This document shows, one piece after another, positions 24,205-34,254 of a stretch of 39,675 bases of DNA (position 1 is its first letter; every line of letters starts with the position of its first letter). The notes below the pieces were generated by a model that worked only from the letters and a program-made list of their open reading frames with translations, made no database searches and was not told the DNA's origin. The stretch lies in IMG/VR virus record IMGVR_UViG_3300045988_038155; one strand, 5' to 3'. This DNA comes from a virus. Both the position numbers and the translations under genes were made by a program.

Positions 24205-24801
24205 ATGCCTGAAACTCTGGCAAAAAAGTTCGCGGTCAATGTGCTGACCCCGGATGCGTTTAAGAGCATCCCGAAAGGCTCCGGCAATCTGCTTTCTACA
24301 TTTGACCTTTCCGCTCCCAAAATCGACAGCACCAATGTCGTGTGCGCCACGCAGGGAGGCGTGACCATCTCCTACAGCAACAGCATGGAGGATACGCTGG
24401 CTGACATCGACAATGCACCCACCAACACCAAGCAGGGCAATGAGGTCACCGGAACCACCGCCACCATCGCCTTTACCACTCCCAACGCAAGCCCCGACGT
24501 GCTCAAGCTGGCCATCGGCACGGCTGACATCGATGCAGACGACCCCACCCATGTGGTCCCCCGCATCGAGGCTGCCATGAAGGACTACAGGGAGCTGTAC
24601 TGGGTTGGCCCTATGATCGGCGGCGGCTTTCTGGTCTGCAAAATTTTCAATGCCCTTTCTTCCGGCGGCCTGAGCCTCAAGACGGCTCACCGTGGCGGCG
24701 GCTCCATGCAGATCACTCTCACCGGCTACGCCGACCTGGAAAATCCCACTCAGGCCCCCATGGAATTTTACTCGATCGTCAAGGCCCCGACCGGGGACTA
24801 A
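24205..24801 (+). CDS. Major tail protein
   Basis: About 198 aa directly upstream of the chaperone pair and tape measure. Confidence 0.65.
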   Translation: MPETLAKKFAVNVLTPDAFKSIPKGSGNLLSTFDLSAPKIDSTNVVCATQGGVTISYSNSMEDTLADIDNAPTNTKQGNEVTGTTATIAFTTPNASPDVLKLAIGTADIDADDPTHVVPRIEAAMKDYRELYWVGPMIGGGFLVCKIFNALSSGGLSLKTAHRGGGSMQITLTGYADLENPTQAPMEFYSIVKAPTGD

Positions 24802-24810
24802 GGAGGACAT

Positions 24811-25176
24811 ATGCGCAATATCATCGATCTCGACGGCACCGAATACCTCAAGCGCACCTATGAGTGTGCGCAGGCTTATAAAAAGTACGTGGCAGACTCC
24901 GGCGTGATGGACATTCTGGGCCGCGAGCCGGAACTGACCGGCACGGAGACGGACGCAGAGCGGCTGGAAAAGCGCCGGGCGCAGGCTAACAAAAACGCCA
25001 TGGACATGACCAAGCTGCTCTACACGGACAAGGCAGACCTCACCCTCGGCATCCTGCCCCTGTTCGTGGTGCTGGACAAGGACGAGGAGCAGCCGCCTAC
25101 CCGGGTGCTGGCCTCTGCCATGAGCCGGGCGCTCCGGGACGTGGATTTCATGGATTTTTTTCAGTCCTTGATGTGA
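24811..25176 (+). CDS. Tail assembly chaperone (G-like)
   Basis: AAGGAGGA RBS. Acidic. Contains a slippery run near its 3' end. Confidence 0.7.
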   Translation: MRNIIDLDGTEYLKRTYECAQAYKKYVADSGVMDILGREPELTGTETDAERLEKRRAQANKNAMDMTKLLYTDKADLTLGILPLFVVLDKDEEQPPTRVLASAMSRALRDVDFMDFFQSLM

Positions 25177-25484
25177 TCGGCGCGGACGGCTACCGGCGGC
25201 TGGTATCAACCATCCGGCTGGATATGCTCCGGCTGCTGGGCAAGCCGTACATCATGGAGCATATCCGCGCCGAGGTGCGCAGGCATCAGGAGGCACAGCT
25301 TTTCCGGGACTATGTGGCCGACGCCATCGGGCAGTATCTCGGCATCCAGCCCCTTTACTCCGGGCTTGCATCCAGGCATTTCCCCCTGCTGCACACCAAG
25401 GAAGACACCCGCACGGCGGAGCAGATCACCGCCGACAATGCAAAAGCTCTGGCAGAGCTGTGCGGAGGAGGTGAAACGCCCTGA
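24811..25484 (+). CDS. Tail assembly chaperone -1 frameshift fusion (G-T-like)
   Basis: The 25173..25484 ORF lies in the -1 frame relative to 24811. That frame is open from the slip site (TCA GTC CTT GAT GTG ATC...). Confidence 0.6.
25155..25161 (+). promoter_or_regulatory. Programmed -1 ribosomal frameshift heptamer T TTT TTT
   Basis: Zero-frame codons are gaT TTT TTT cag. Canonical X XXY YYZ slippery site in the conserved position upstream of the tape measure. Confidence 0.65.
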
Positions 25485-25549
25485 ACATATTTAATCTGGA
25501 AGCGACTCTGTCGCTGGATGATTCCGCTTACCGGCAGAGCATCCAAAAC

Positions 25550-28420
25550 GTGCAGAACAGCACCAAAAGAGTTGTCACGGAGCTGGGCTCCGAGTACAGC
25601 AAAGCGGCGCAGAAAGTCGCCGAGCTGACAAAGCGGTACAACGAATCGGCTGAAAAGACCGGTCGCACCTCTGCGCAGACCAAGGAGCTGAAAGCCGCTC
25701 TGGCCTCTGCCCGAGCCGAACTGAAAGAGACCACCTCGGCCCTGAAATCAGCCAACGTCGGCATGACGGAGTTTGGCGGTTCATCCGAGACCGCCAGCGG
25801 CTCTCTCACCGGAGCCATCACCAAAGCCAACCTGCTTACCGGCGTCATCTCCAAAGTAAGCTCCATGGCCCTGTCTGCGGCCAAGGATTTTATCCAGACC
25901 GGTATCCAGTATAACGCCCAGCTGGAAAGCTACACCACCGGCTTTACCAACATGCTGGGCAGCGCTGAGGCGGCCAAAGCGGCCATGGACGCCATTCAGG
26001 AGGACGCCGCCCGCACCCCCTTTGACGTGGCGAGCCTAACACAGGCCAATCAGCTGCTCATAAGCGCCGGTGAAAACGCGGGCTACTCCCGCAAGGTCAT
26101 CATGGCGCTGGGCGACGCTGTTTCGGCTACAGGCGGCGGCAATGCAGAGCTGTCCCGCATGTCGGCAAACTTGCAGCAGATCGCCAATGTGGGCAAGGCG
26201 TCCGCCATCGACATCAAGCAGTTTGCCTATGCAGGCATCAACGTCTATCAGGTCCTGGCCGACTACACCGGAAAATCGGTGCAGGAAGTCCAGAAGATGA
26301 CCATCAGCTATGATACTCTGTCTCAGGCCCTTATCGCGGCCAGCGAAGAGGGCGGACGATATTACAACGCCATGGACACCCAAAGCCAGACCATGAATGG
26401 CCGGGTATCCACGTTAAAAGATAACGTGAGCCAGCTGGCGGGTCTTATGACAGGCAATTTGTCTGAGGCTGTCGGTACGGTCATATCAAAGCTCAATGAC
26501 ATGACCGTTGCCGCTATTGAAGCCTATAAGCAAGATGGCTGGTGGGGAATGGCCGGAGCAGCACTTTCTGTTATCGAGCCGATCAATGAAGTGGGGCAAG
26601 CACTTGACGGCGTAAAAGAAAAAGCCAACGCTGCACTTACGCATATTACCTATCTAATCAATTCCTTGACCGTCCCCAACTTTGCGTATAGTAGCGAAGA
26701 AGAGTATGCCGCAGCGTTGGAAACCAACGAACGCCGAAGCGAAGGAAGCCGAGAAACCGAGAGGGAACGCAGGCTATACCTTCACAATCAGCGAGTGGCT
26801 CAAGCTCAGGCAGCTGCTGCCGCTGCGGCAAGCTCTATCACTGGAGGCGGCAGCGGCGGGAGCTCTTCCAGCGGCAAGCCTGGCTCAAAGTCCACCACCG
26901 AAACGGTCATTTCGTCCATCTCAAGAACGGCTACAACTACCGCTCAGAATGCTCTCGGCACCGTGACCACCAGCATCCAGACTCTGAGCGAAAAGGTCAA
27001 GGACAGTGCGGGCAGCATCAAAGACCGCATCACCGAGACCACCACCGAGACCGGCAAGGAGATGGTCAACGGAATCGAGACCACCTATAAACAGGTGGAG
27101 ACCAAAGTCAACGGCGTGGTGACCAAAACCACAAAGACATACGACGATATGTCGAAAACGCTGGCGGCCACCCTGACCCGCACCACCAGCAAGGTAGAGG
27201 GCGGCGTGACCACAGCGATCCAGGAGGTCACCAAAAAATACGCCGACGGCTCCGAGCACATCGAAAAGACCGAGACCATCACCGAAGAAAACATCGTCGA
27301 TGGAGTGGCCCGGACCACCAAGACCATCAACACCTATATCGACGGTGTGCTCCAGAACACCAAGGTCGACACCGAAGAGGCCGAAAAAAGCATCCAGGCT
27401 GCGCTTTCCCGCACCGAAAAGTATATCTCCGAGATCCAAGGGCAGTCTGACAAAGGCATTTTCGGGCTGGTGAAGTCTCTCTTTACTGACATCAAAAACA
27501 AAGACGGCAAGGCCATCGCCGGGGATGTGGTAAAGGTCATTTTCGGGCAGGTGACGCAAGAGCAGCGAAACACCGTCCTGAAGTGGGCAGACGATGCAAT
27601 GACCGCCATCAATGAGCACTACGCGCAGGGCGGCATTCAGGGGGCGCTGCAGAGCATTGCAGGCCTTTTCAGCAACGGCATCACCCCAGCGGTCAACGGC
27701 TCCACCAAAGAAGTGCAGAGCTTTGCCGCCGCCATGAAGGGCCTTTCCGGCACCGGAGGCTCCGGCGGAATCGTCAGCAGCATCCTCAAGCTGTTCGGCG
27801 GCGGTACGAAGGCTGCGGCGGCCGCCGGTGAAGCCGGGGCCGGGCAGGCCATTGCGTCTGCAGCGGGCGGAGCGGCCTCCTTCTTCCCGGAGTGCCTTGC
27901 TGTGCTGGCCGTCATCGCGGAGGGCGTTGTAGGCTTCAAAATGGGCCAGAACGCCCGCGCCCGCGAGGATTCTGGCGAAGAGCGCTCTTTGGGAAGCAAG
28001 CTTCTCTCCGGCGCACTTCTGGCGGCCACCGGCCCTATCGGCTGGATCAGCTACTTCTTCGGTAAAAAGTTTGGCAAAAAGTCCTCGTCTTCGTCTGCTG
28101 CGGCAGAAAGCGCCTCGTCTGGCGCCATGAGCTATCTGGACATTCAGGACGCCTACTGGTACGGCAACGAGCGGGCTTTTGCGGGCTACGACTACCGCAG
28201 CGACCCCTTTACCTACAACCCCAACAACAATTCCGTCCCCAAATATCAGGCAGAGATACAAGCCCAACTTGCAAAGCTGAGCACCGTAGTGGAGCAGTAT
28301 CTGCCCGACGTGGCAAATCAGCAGATCGTGCTGGACGATGGTACCATTGTGGGCGCTCTCGCCCCGGGCATGAACGACCAGCTGGGCCATATCCAGATGC
28401 TTGCAGAAAGGGGCAACTGA
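25550..28420 (+). CDS. Tape measure protein
   Basis: 956 aa, Ala/Gly-rich, with TM-like central segments. The true start is probably upstream (frame open from 25475, strong SD at 25464-25474). Confidence 0.85.
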   Translation: MQNSTKRVVTELGSEYSKAAQKVAELTKRYNESAEKTGRTSAQTKELKAALASARAELKETTSALKSANVGMTEFGGSSETASGSLTGAITKANLLTGVISKVSSMALSAAKDFIQTGIQYNAQLESYTTGFTNMLGSAEAAKAAMDAIQEDAARTPFDVASLTQANQLLISAGENAGYSRKVIMALGDAVSATGGGNAELSRMSANLQQIANVGKASAIDIKQFAYAGINVYQVLADYTGKSVQEVQKMTISYDTLSQALIAASEEGGRYYNAMDTQSQTMNGRVSTLKDNVSQLAGLMTGNLSEAVGTVISKLNDMTVAAIEAYKQDGWWGMAGAALSVIEPINEVGQALDGVKEKANAALTHITYLINSLTVPNFAYSSEEEYAAALETNERRSEGSRETERERRLYLHNQRVAQAQAAAAAAASSITGGGSGGSSSSGKPGSKSTTETVISSISRTATTTAQNALGTVTTSIQTLSEKVKDSAGSIKDRITETTTETGKEMVNGIETTYKQVETKVNGVVTKTTKTYDDMSKTLAATLTRTTSKVEGGVTTAIQEVTKKYADGSEHIEKTETITEENIVDGVARTTKTINTYIDGVLQNTKVDTEEAEKSIQAALSRTEKYISEIQGQSDKGIFGLVKSLFTDIKNKDGKAIAGDVVKVIFGQVTQEQRNTVLKWADDAMTAINEHYAQGGIQGALQSIAGLFSNGITPAVNGSTKEVQSFAAAMKGLSGTGGSGGIVSSILKLFGGGTKAAAAAGEAGAGQAIASAAGGAASFFPECLAVLAVIAEGVVGFKMGQNARAREDSGEERSLGSKLLSGALLAATGPIGWISYFFGKKFGKKSSSSSAAAESASSGAMSYLDIQDAYWYGNERAFAGYDYRSDPFTYNPNNNSVPKYQAEIQAQLAKLSTVVEQYLPDVANQQIVLDDGTIVGALAPGMNDQLGHIQMLAERGN

Positions 28421-28421
28421 G

Positions 28422-30236
28422 ATGTACGAGATTTTTGCGTATCCCTACGGCGACCCCGAAAACAAGCTGACGGTCTATCAGCCGGGCAACCGGCAGGCTG
28501 TAGTGCTGTCGCCCAAGCTTACCCGCGAGGTGAGCAAGGGCGGCAGCCTTACTTTTACCATGCTGCGCACCCACCCCTGCTATGAGTCCATGCAGAAGAT
28601 GTCCACCGCTGTGGCGGTGCATCAGGACGGCAAGGAGATATGGCGGGGCCGGGTGCTCAGCCACGAAGCCGACTGGCTCAACCGCCGGGTCATCTACTGC
28701 GAGGGAGCCCTCAGCTATTTCAACGACAGCTGCATCACCCCCTTCAACTACGAGGGCAAGCTGAGGGATTTTTTAGAATACCTCATCAAAGCCCACAACT
28801 CCCAGATCTCCGGCGGCAACGGTTACGAAGAGCAGACCAGCTACGACAAAATGAAAAAGTTTGAGCTGGGAAGGGTGACTGCCGCCCTCGGCGACCTTGT
28901 GGTGAGCTACGGCGACCGCAACCAGTACGGCGTGGGCGAGGACTACGGCAGCACATGGGACATCATCAGCAAAATGGTGCTCAAGACCTACGGCGGCTAC
29001 GCTTACTGCACCTATAACTCCACCACCGGCATGAACGTGCTAAACTACTGCGACCAGGCATACGAGGCTGACCGGCAGACCGCCCAGAACATCGAATATG
29101 GCGTGAATCTGCTGGATTTTACCGAAAAGACCGACACCAACGACCTTTTCACCCGCATCTGGCCGATGGGCAACAAGCACACTGTCGAAGAGACCAAAAC
29201 CCAGTGGAAATACAAGTTCCTGTGGTTTAAGTGGGGCTCGACTACCGTGACGACCGGCACCCACGAAGAGCGCTACGGCATCAACGGCACGAGCCAGAGC
29301 GCCGTTGATAAGTACCTCCCGAAAAAAGGTTACAGCTGGAATCGGGAGTACGGGTGGATCCAGAACGACGAGGCCGTAAAAAAGTTTGGCGTGGTCTCAA
29401 AAATCAGAGAGTTTGACACGGACAGCAGCGACGCCACCTTTGCCGCCGCGGTGCAGGACCTGGAAAAAAACGACCTCATGACCATGAGCTATGAGGTCAA
29501 GGCCGTTGACCTTGTGGATGCTGGCTATGATACCGAGCGGCTGACCTTTGCCAGCTTTGCCCATATCATCAGCAAGCCCCACAGCATCGACGTGATCATG
29601 CTCTGCACCAAGCTGGTGGAGCCGCTCGACCACCCGGAGAAGAAGGAGTACACCTTTGGTATGACCCGGCGCACCCTCACCGACCGGGCCGTGGCAAATC
29701 TGGGCGTGACCAACGAGCTCTCAGAAAAGACGGCATCCACCAGCCGGTATGCCAGCGCCACACAGGTGGACACCACGCAGGCGGGCAAGACGGCCAGCGA
29801 TTTTATCGACTATGCGCCCTCCACAGGCATGACAGTGGGCCACGCCAGCATTACGGCCAACATCCATTTCGGGACGGATGGCCTGACCTTCTCCGGCGTG
29901 AAAAACGGCACCGAGCTGCAAAGCTGGTCGGGCTCCACCTTTGCGGCCCAGACCACGAGCACAGACCTCTCCGGCTATGCGGCGGTGCTGCTCACCTACG
30001 ACGGAGACGCCGCAGCGTGGGCTGCTGCCGGGGGCAGGGGCCGAGCCTTTGCGGTGCTGCCGGTGAACGGCAAGACCTACTCCATCCTCTTCCCCGGCGC
30101 TCCGGCCCAGCGGCGGGACGTCACGGCGTCCAAAAGCGGCGTGACCTTTGGCAGCGGATACCGACAGACGGCGGCAGGCGCATGGGTGCAGGATGATACT
30201 GCCTGCCGCCCTGAGGCGCTGCAGGGCTTTATGTAA
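28422..30236 (+). CDS. Tail tip protein, Tal / prophage-tail-endopeptidase-like N-terminal domain
   Basis: The N-terminal pattern (LSPKLTREVSKGGSLTFTM...GKEIWRGRVL...CEGALSYFNDS...HNSQ) resembles siphovirus Tal N-termini. Confidence 0.5.
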   Translation: MYEIFAYPYGDPENKLTVYQPGNRQAVVLSPKLTREVSKGGSLTFTMLRTHPCYESMQKMSTAVAVHQDGKEIWRGRVLSHEADWLNRRVIYCEGALSYFNDSCITPFNYEGKLRDFLEYLIKAHNSQISGGNGYEEQTSYDKMKKFELGRVTAALGDLVVSYGDRNQYGVGEDYGSTWDIISKMVLKTYGGYAYCTYNSTTGMNVLNYCDQAYEADRQTAQNIEYGVNLLDFTEKTDTNDLFTRIWPMGNKHTVEETKTQWKYKFLWFKWGSTTVTTGTHEERYGINGTSQSAVDKYLPKKGYSWNREYGWIQNDEAVKKFGVVSKIREFDTDSSDATFAAAVQDLEKNDLMTMSYEVKAVDLVDAGYDTERLTFASFAHIISKPHSIDVIMLCTKLVEPLDHPEKKEYTFGMTRRTLTDRAVANLGVTNELSEKTASTSRYASATQVDTTQAGKTASDFIDYAPSTGMTVGHASITANIHFGTDGLTFSGVKNGTELQSWSGSTFAAQTTSTDLSGYAAVLLTYDGDAAAWAAAGGRGRAFAVLPVNGKTYSILFPGAPAQRRDVTASKSGVTFGSGYRQTAAGAWVQDDTACRPEALQGFM

Positions 30237-30251
30237 AGGAGCGTGATTTTT

Positions 30252-30755
30252 ATGGGCAAGCTCATGGGAGCAAAAATCGGCTCTCTGCACACCTTGGACG
30301 ACCTCGGCCTTTACCTGTTGGTTGGCAGCCCGCTCATCTCCGGCGCAGAGCCGGACAAAAAGCTGGTGCAAGTGCCGGGCGGCGATTTTCTGCTCGACCT
30401 CACCCGGGCTGTGGACGGCAAGGTACACTACCTCCAGCGCACCATCCGGCTTGACCTCAAATGCAAGGCTCCGTCGGATGAGCGCCGCAAGGTGCAGAGC
30501 ATCCTCGAAAACGCCTTGCAGGGGCAGTGGCTGCGCTGCGTACTGGACGAGGACCCGGCCAACTTCTGGGTGGGTCTGTGGACGGTGTCGCCCCAGAGCA
30601 GAGACCGGCATACCGGCACATTTTCCATCACTGGCACCTGCAATCCCTACAAGTACAATGCCACCGCCTACGCGGGCGCAGATTGGCTGTGGGACGATTT
30701 TTATTTTGATGAGGACGTCATCTATGACGAGCCTACGGAGGTAAAGAGCCTGTGA
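30252..30755 (+). CDS. Tail/baseplate protein, Dit-like (Sipho_tail-like)
   Basis: Pattern LDDLGLYL...VPGGDF...RTIRLDL...LDEDPANFW is typical of distal tail proteins. The start may be 30243, 30252 or 30264. Confidence 0.4.
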   Translation: MGKLMGAKIGSLHTLDDLGLYLLVGSPLISGAEPDKKLVQVPGGDFLLDLTRAVDGKVHYLQRTIRLDLKCKAPSDERRKVQSILENALQGQWLRCVLDEDPANFWVGLWTVSPQSRDRHTGTFSITGTCNPYKYNATAYAGADWLWDDFYFDEDVIYDEPTEVKSL

Positions 30756-31363
30756 ACAAAACTTTTGAAGAAAACATCAACGACATCCGCAAGGCAAAGC
30801 GGGGCGTCGAGGTGCGGGAGGCGATGGCCGAGAGCCTTGAGTATGTGGAGGGCTTTGCCTCCACCGCTACCCAAAAGGCAGAGGAGGCCGCATCCAGCGC
30901 CAAAACTGCCGCCGAGGCCAAGGAAGCCGCCGCCGCCTCTGCTCAGGCTGCGGAACAGCAGGCAGGCATTGCCACGCAGCAGGCCGAGACTGCCACGCAG
31001 CAGGCCGAGGCCGCTGAAAGCTCCAAAGCTTCCGCTGCGGAGTCTGCCAAGCGGGCAGAGGCGGCTGCCAAGGAGACCGAGGGCCGCGTCACCACCGACC
31101 CCACCCTCACCATCTCGGGCGCACCCGCAGACGCCAAAGCCACCGGCGACCGCATCAACGCTATCAAAATCGAGACCGACAAGACCCTCACAGTGGCAAA
31201 CGCAGCGGCGGACGCTGCGGCCACCGGCGTGCGCATCAAACTGTTGGAGATGGTGCATGGCACAGATGTAAATGGTATCAGTTTCGTCTCGGCATTTGAT
31301 ACGCTGGACGGCGTGGCACTTGAGGGAGTGTGGAACAAGGCGGCGAGCCGCATTGATTTTTGA
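30752..31363 (+). CDS. Tail fibre/baseplate protein with Ala/Glu/Gln coiled coil
   Basis: N-terminal NINDIRKAKRGVEVREAMAESL. Tandem ATQQAE repeat. Confidence 0.5.
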   Translation: MNKTFEENINDIRKAKRGVEVREAMAESLEYVEGFASTATQKAEEAASSAKTAAEAKEAAAASAQAAEQQAGIATQQAETATQQAEAAESSKASAAESAKRAEAAAKETEGRVTTDPTLTISGAPADAKATGDRINAIKIETDKTLTVANAAADAAATGVRIKLLEMVHGTDVNGISFVSAFDTLDGVALEGVWNKAASRIDF

Positions 31364-31380
31364 GAGAAAGGAGGATTGGA

Positions 31381-32697
31381 ATGCAGATTAAAGACTTAGC
31401 CATCGGGGACGGATATGTCTACCTGATGGAAGACGACGTCAAAGTCAAGTTTTATGTACTGCGCCACAACTATGAGTCTAGCCTGAACGGCATGGGGCGG
31501 ACGATGTTTTGCCGGGAAAGTCCGGCGACGAGCGGGACACATACTACGTCCAATCTGAATAGTTACGCGCCCGATAGCAATAATGAGGCCACTTGGTATA
31601 AAGAAACCTATGCGAATAAGTTTTCCGACAAAGTGCGGGGTTTGATTGGCACGACAAAATATATCGGTCAATATGTTCATATGTCTTATACGCAGACCGG
31701 CAATCCGTCTAAATCAGTACTTGAAAGTGACACATACGAATCAAGCTTTTTCCCCATTTCGACAGCGGAAGTCGGGGGCTCAGACTTCTCCGACGGTTCT
31801 GCGCTTTCCTCAGCCGCAATCAGCAGAATCAGCAGCATTCGAACCCGCTACGGAAGCGGCATCTGGACGAGAAGTCCATCTTGGACATCGACGGGTAATA
31901 GCACGTCAGGCTTTCCGACGCGCTACTACTATGCCAACGGCCAATACATATCTTCCGCAAGCGGTTCCAGTATTTCGACTGCCGAAGGTACTTACGGCAG
32001 TAGTTACGGCTACCTTCCCTGCTTCACCCTGTCGGAAACGCTGTACATCGACAGGGACGGCTTCGTTACGGAAAACCAGCCTCCGGAAATCACTTCCGAT
32101 GCGGGTGAGAGCGGCGTGGCACTTGGCGAGAAGAACGAACCGTTTACTTTGGCCTACACCGTGACCGACGGCGACGGAGACCCCATGCGCATCGTCGAAA
32201 AGGTGAACGGTGTGGAGATGGCCGTCCGCGAGAACGTGGCCTCCGGCACCGAACTCACGGTACAGTGCCTGAGCGAGAAAGCCCTGTTCCAGCAGATACT
32301 CAACGGAGAAAACACCCTGACATTGGAAGTGGACGACGGCAAGACCTCGACAGACTGGACGGCTACCTTTACCAAAAATGTCACCGGTGCGCAGGTGAGC
32401 CTGACCGCCCCCCTGACGGCGGATGACACCATTACGGTAGCCTCCATGACGCTGGAAGGCACCCTGCCGACAGACATGAGCCTGACCGTGGAGATGACCA
32501 ATAACGGACTGGATGACAGCCCCGTGTGGGAGACCGTGACGGACATCCAGCGCGGCGAGAGCCGGGCCTTTGTACACCACGTCTTTACCAACAAGACCGC
32601 CGCCCGGGGCTTTGCATTCAACTACAAGGTGACGATTGCCCGAGGCAAAAGCGGCACCGAAGGGAATCTAACCATGATTGGAGGTGTGATCGGATGA
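31381..32697 (+). CDS. Putative receptor-binding / host-specificity protein
   Basis: AAAGGAGG RBS. N-terminal domain with WTRSP...LPCFTL (DUF6273-like flavour), followed by Ig-like segments. Confidence 0.45.
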   Translation: MQIKDLAIGDGYVYLMEDDVKVKFYVLRHNYESSLNGMGRTMFCRESPATSGTHTTSNLNSYAPDSNNEATWYKETYANKFSDKVRGLIGTTKYIGQYVHMSYTQTGNPSKSVLESDTYESSFFPISTAEVGGSDFSDGSALSSAAISRISSIRTRYGSGIWTRSPSWTSTGNSTSGFPTRYYYANGQYISSASGSSISTAEGTYGSSYGYLPCFTLSETLYIDRDGFVTENQPPEITSDAGESGVALGEKNEPFTLAYTVTDGDGDPMRIVEKVNGVEMAVRENVASGTELTVQCLSEKALFQQILNGENTLTLEVDDGKTSTDWTATFTKNVTGAQVSLTAPLTADDTITVASMTLEGTLPTDMSLTVEMTNNGLDDSPVWETVTDIQRGESRAFVHHVFTNKTAARGFAFNYKVTIARGKSGTEGNLTMIGGVIG

Positions 32698-32888
32698 GCG
32701 TATACTACAACAAGCAGAGCCTAAAGGAGCAGCATAAGAAGCAGGCCGAAAAAGAGCAGCTGCGGAAGCTCCCGGAGCAGGTGGCCGCCATTGAGGACGC
32801 CCTGTGTGAGCAGGACATGGCATCGGAAGAGCGGCTGGCGACTATCGAGGACTCGCTGTGCGAGCTGGATGCCGCCGTCAACAAGTAA
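32694..32888 (+). CDS. Small coiled-coil protein with internal IED(A/S)LCE(Q/L)D repeat
   Basis: ATGA overlap. GGAGGTG RBS. Confidence 0.6.
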   Translation: MSVYYNKQSLKEQHKKQAEKEQLRKLPEQVAAIEDALCEQDMASEERLATIEDSLCELDAAVNK

Positions 32889-32901
32889 GGAGGACTTCAA
32901 A

Positions 32902-33072
32902 ATGGATAAAATTTGGGCAAACAGACTGGTCGCCGGTACCAAGGAATGGGCAGAGATGCCCGCAAGCCGCCGCGCAGGGGTCAAGCGGGAGCTGGCCAAG
33001 AGGGTGGACAAGGGGGAGGTCAGTGAAGAGGATTATAAGCGCATCACCGGGGAGGACTACTACAATGGATAA
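32902..33072 (+). CDS. XkdX-like small protein
   Basis: AAGGAGGA RBS. Motif KGEVSEEDYKRITGEDY is typical of XkdX-family proteins preceding lysis genes. Confidence 0.55.
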   Translation: MDKIWANRLVAGTKEWAEMPASRRAGVKRELAKRVDKGEVSEEDYKRITGEDYYNG

Positions 33073-33865
33073 ACTGCTGGAGCTGCTGGAAAAGCTGGTG
33101 CGAATGCTTTTTGGCCCCGGGGACAAGCAGGATGCCGAAGAGGCAAAGCCCGCACCGGAACCTCCCGAACCCCCCGGGGCAGAGGCTGTAACCGGCTGGG
33201 AGGGTGACCCGCCCTATCGCTTTGTGGATGTGAGCCGGTATCAGGGCCTTATCGACTGGGCGCAGGTGGCTGCGGCGGGCTACAAGGGGGCAATGCTCAA
33301 GACCGTGAGCACCAACCGCAAGCTCTCCAAGCGGGCAGACGGCCTGTATATCGACCCGACCTTTGAGACCAACTACCGCAACGCCCGGGCTGCCGGGCTG
33401 GACGTGGGCGTCTACTACTACACCTACGCCACCAGCGAGGCCATGGCCGATGCAGAGCTCGCCCTGCTGCGGCAGGCGGTCTACGGCAAGGAGCTGACCC
33501 TGCCTGTGGCAGTGGACGTGGAGGAAAACAAGCTCAAGCCCATGAGTACCCTCGACCTCACCAACCTCACCGCCTATGCGCTGGAACAGGTGGAGCGGAT
33601 GGGCTTTTACGCCCAGCTGTACACCTACACCCACTACTCCAACATGGAGCTGGACATGGGCCGTCTGGCAAACCGCTGGGACGTCTGGCTGTCCGATACG
33701 ACCGGGCGCACCCCCGCCGTCGGCTACCACTACAACGCCCACCAGCACACCAGTGAAGGCAGCGTACCGGGCATCACGGGCAACGTGGACCTCAACGTCA
33801 CCACCGTCAACTACCCCAAAATCATCCGCAAGAAGGGCCTGACCCGTCTCCGGGAGGGCAAATGA
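33065..33865 (+). CDS. Endolysin, GH25 muramidase
   Basis: FVDVSRYQGLIDWAQVAAAGYKGAMLK...GVYYYTYA is the GH25 signature. Pro-rich N-terminal extension. Confidence 0.85.
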   Translation: MDKLLELLEKLVRMLFGPGDKQDAEEAKPAPEPPEPPGAEAVTGWEGDPPYRFVDVSRYQGLIDWAQVAAAGYKGAMLKTVSTNRKLSKRADGLYIDPTFETNYRNARAAGLDVGVYYYTYATSEAMADAELALLRQAVYGKELTLPVAVDVEENKLKPMSTLDLTNLTAYALEQVERMGFYAQLYTYTHYSNMELDMGRLANRWDVWLSDTTGRTPAVGYHYNAHQHTSEGSVPGITGNVDLNVTTVNYPKIIRKKGLTRLREGK

Positions 33866-34254
33866 CCGAAAAAGAAGCTTTGCTGTGGGTACTGGGCATC
33901 CTGGGCGGCCTGTGCGCTGCAGCCATCACCATCGACAAGGTGCTGGACATCATCCACAAGTACATCAAAAAGGCGCAGGAGCCGGACAACGCGCAGAACA
34001 AGCGGCTGGATGAGCTGGACAAGCGCATCGGCACCTTGGAGCAGGGCCAGCTTCAGCACACGCAGGCCCTCGCCCGTGACCTGCGCCGCTTTGAAGAAAT
34101 CGACGAGGTGAGCCGTCTGACCCTCGACGGGGTGCGCAATCTGCTGGACGCGCAGCTGTCCGGCAACAATCGCGAGGGGATGCAGAAGAGCCGCGCCGAC
34201 ATCGACAACTATCTGTTAAAAGGAGTGACCAATCATGGAAGCACTGGCAACTAA
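33862..34254 (+). CDS. Holin-like protein (N-terminal TM plus coiled coil)
   Basis: TM helix LLWVLGILGGLCAAAITI. ATGA overlap with the endolysin. Confidence 0.5.
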   Translation: MTEKEALLWVLGILGGLCAAAITIDKVLDIIHKYIKKAQEPDNAQNKRLDELDKRIGTLEQGQLQHTQALARDLRRFEEIDEVSRLTLDGVRNLLDAQLSGNNREGMQKSRADIDNYLLKGVTNHGSTGN

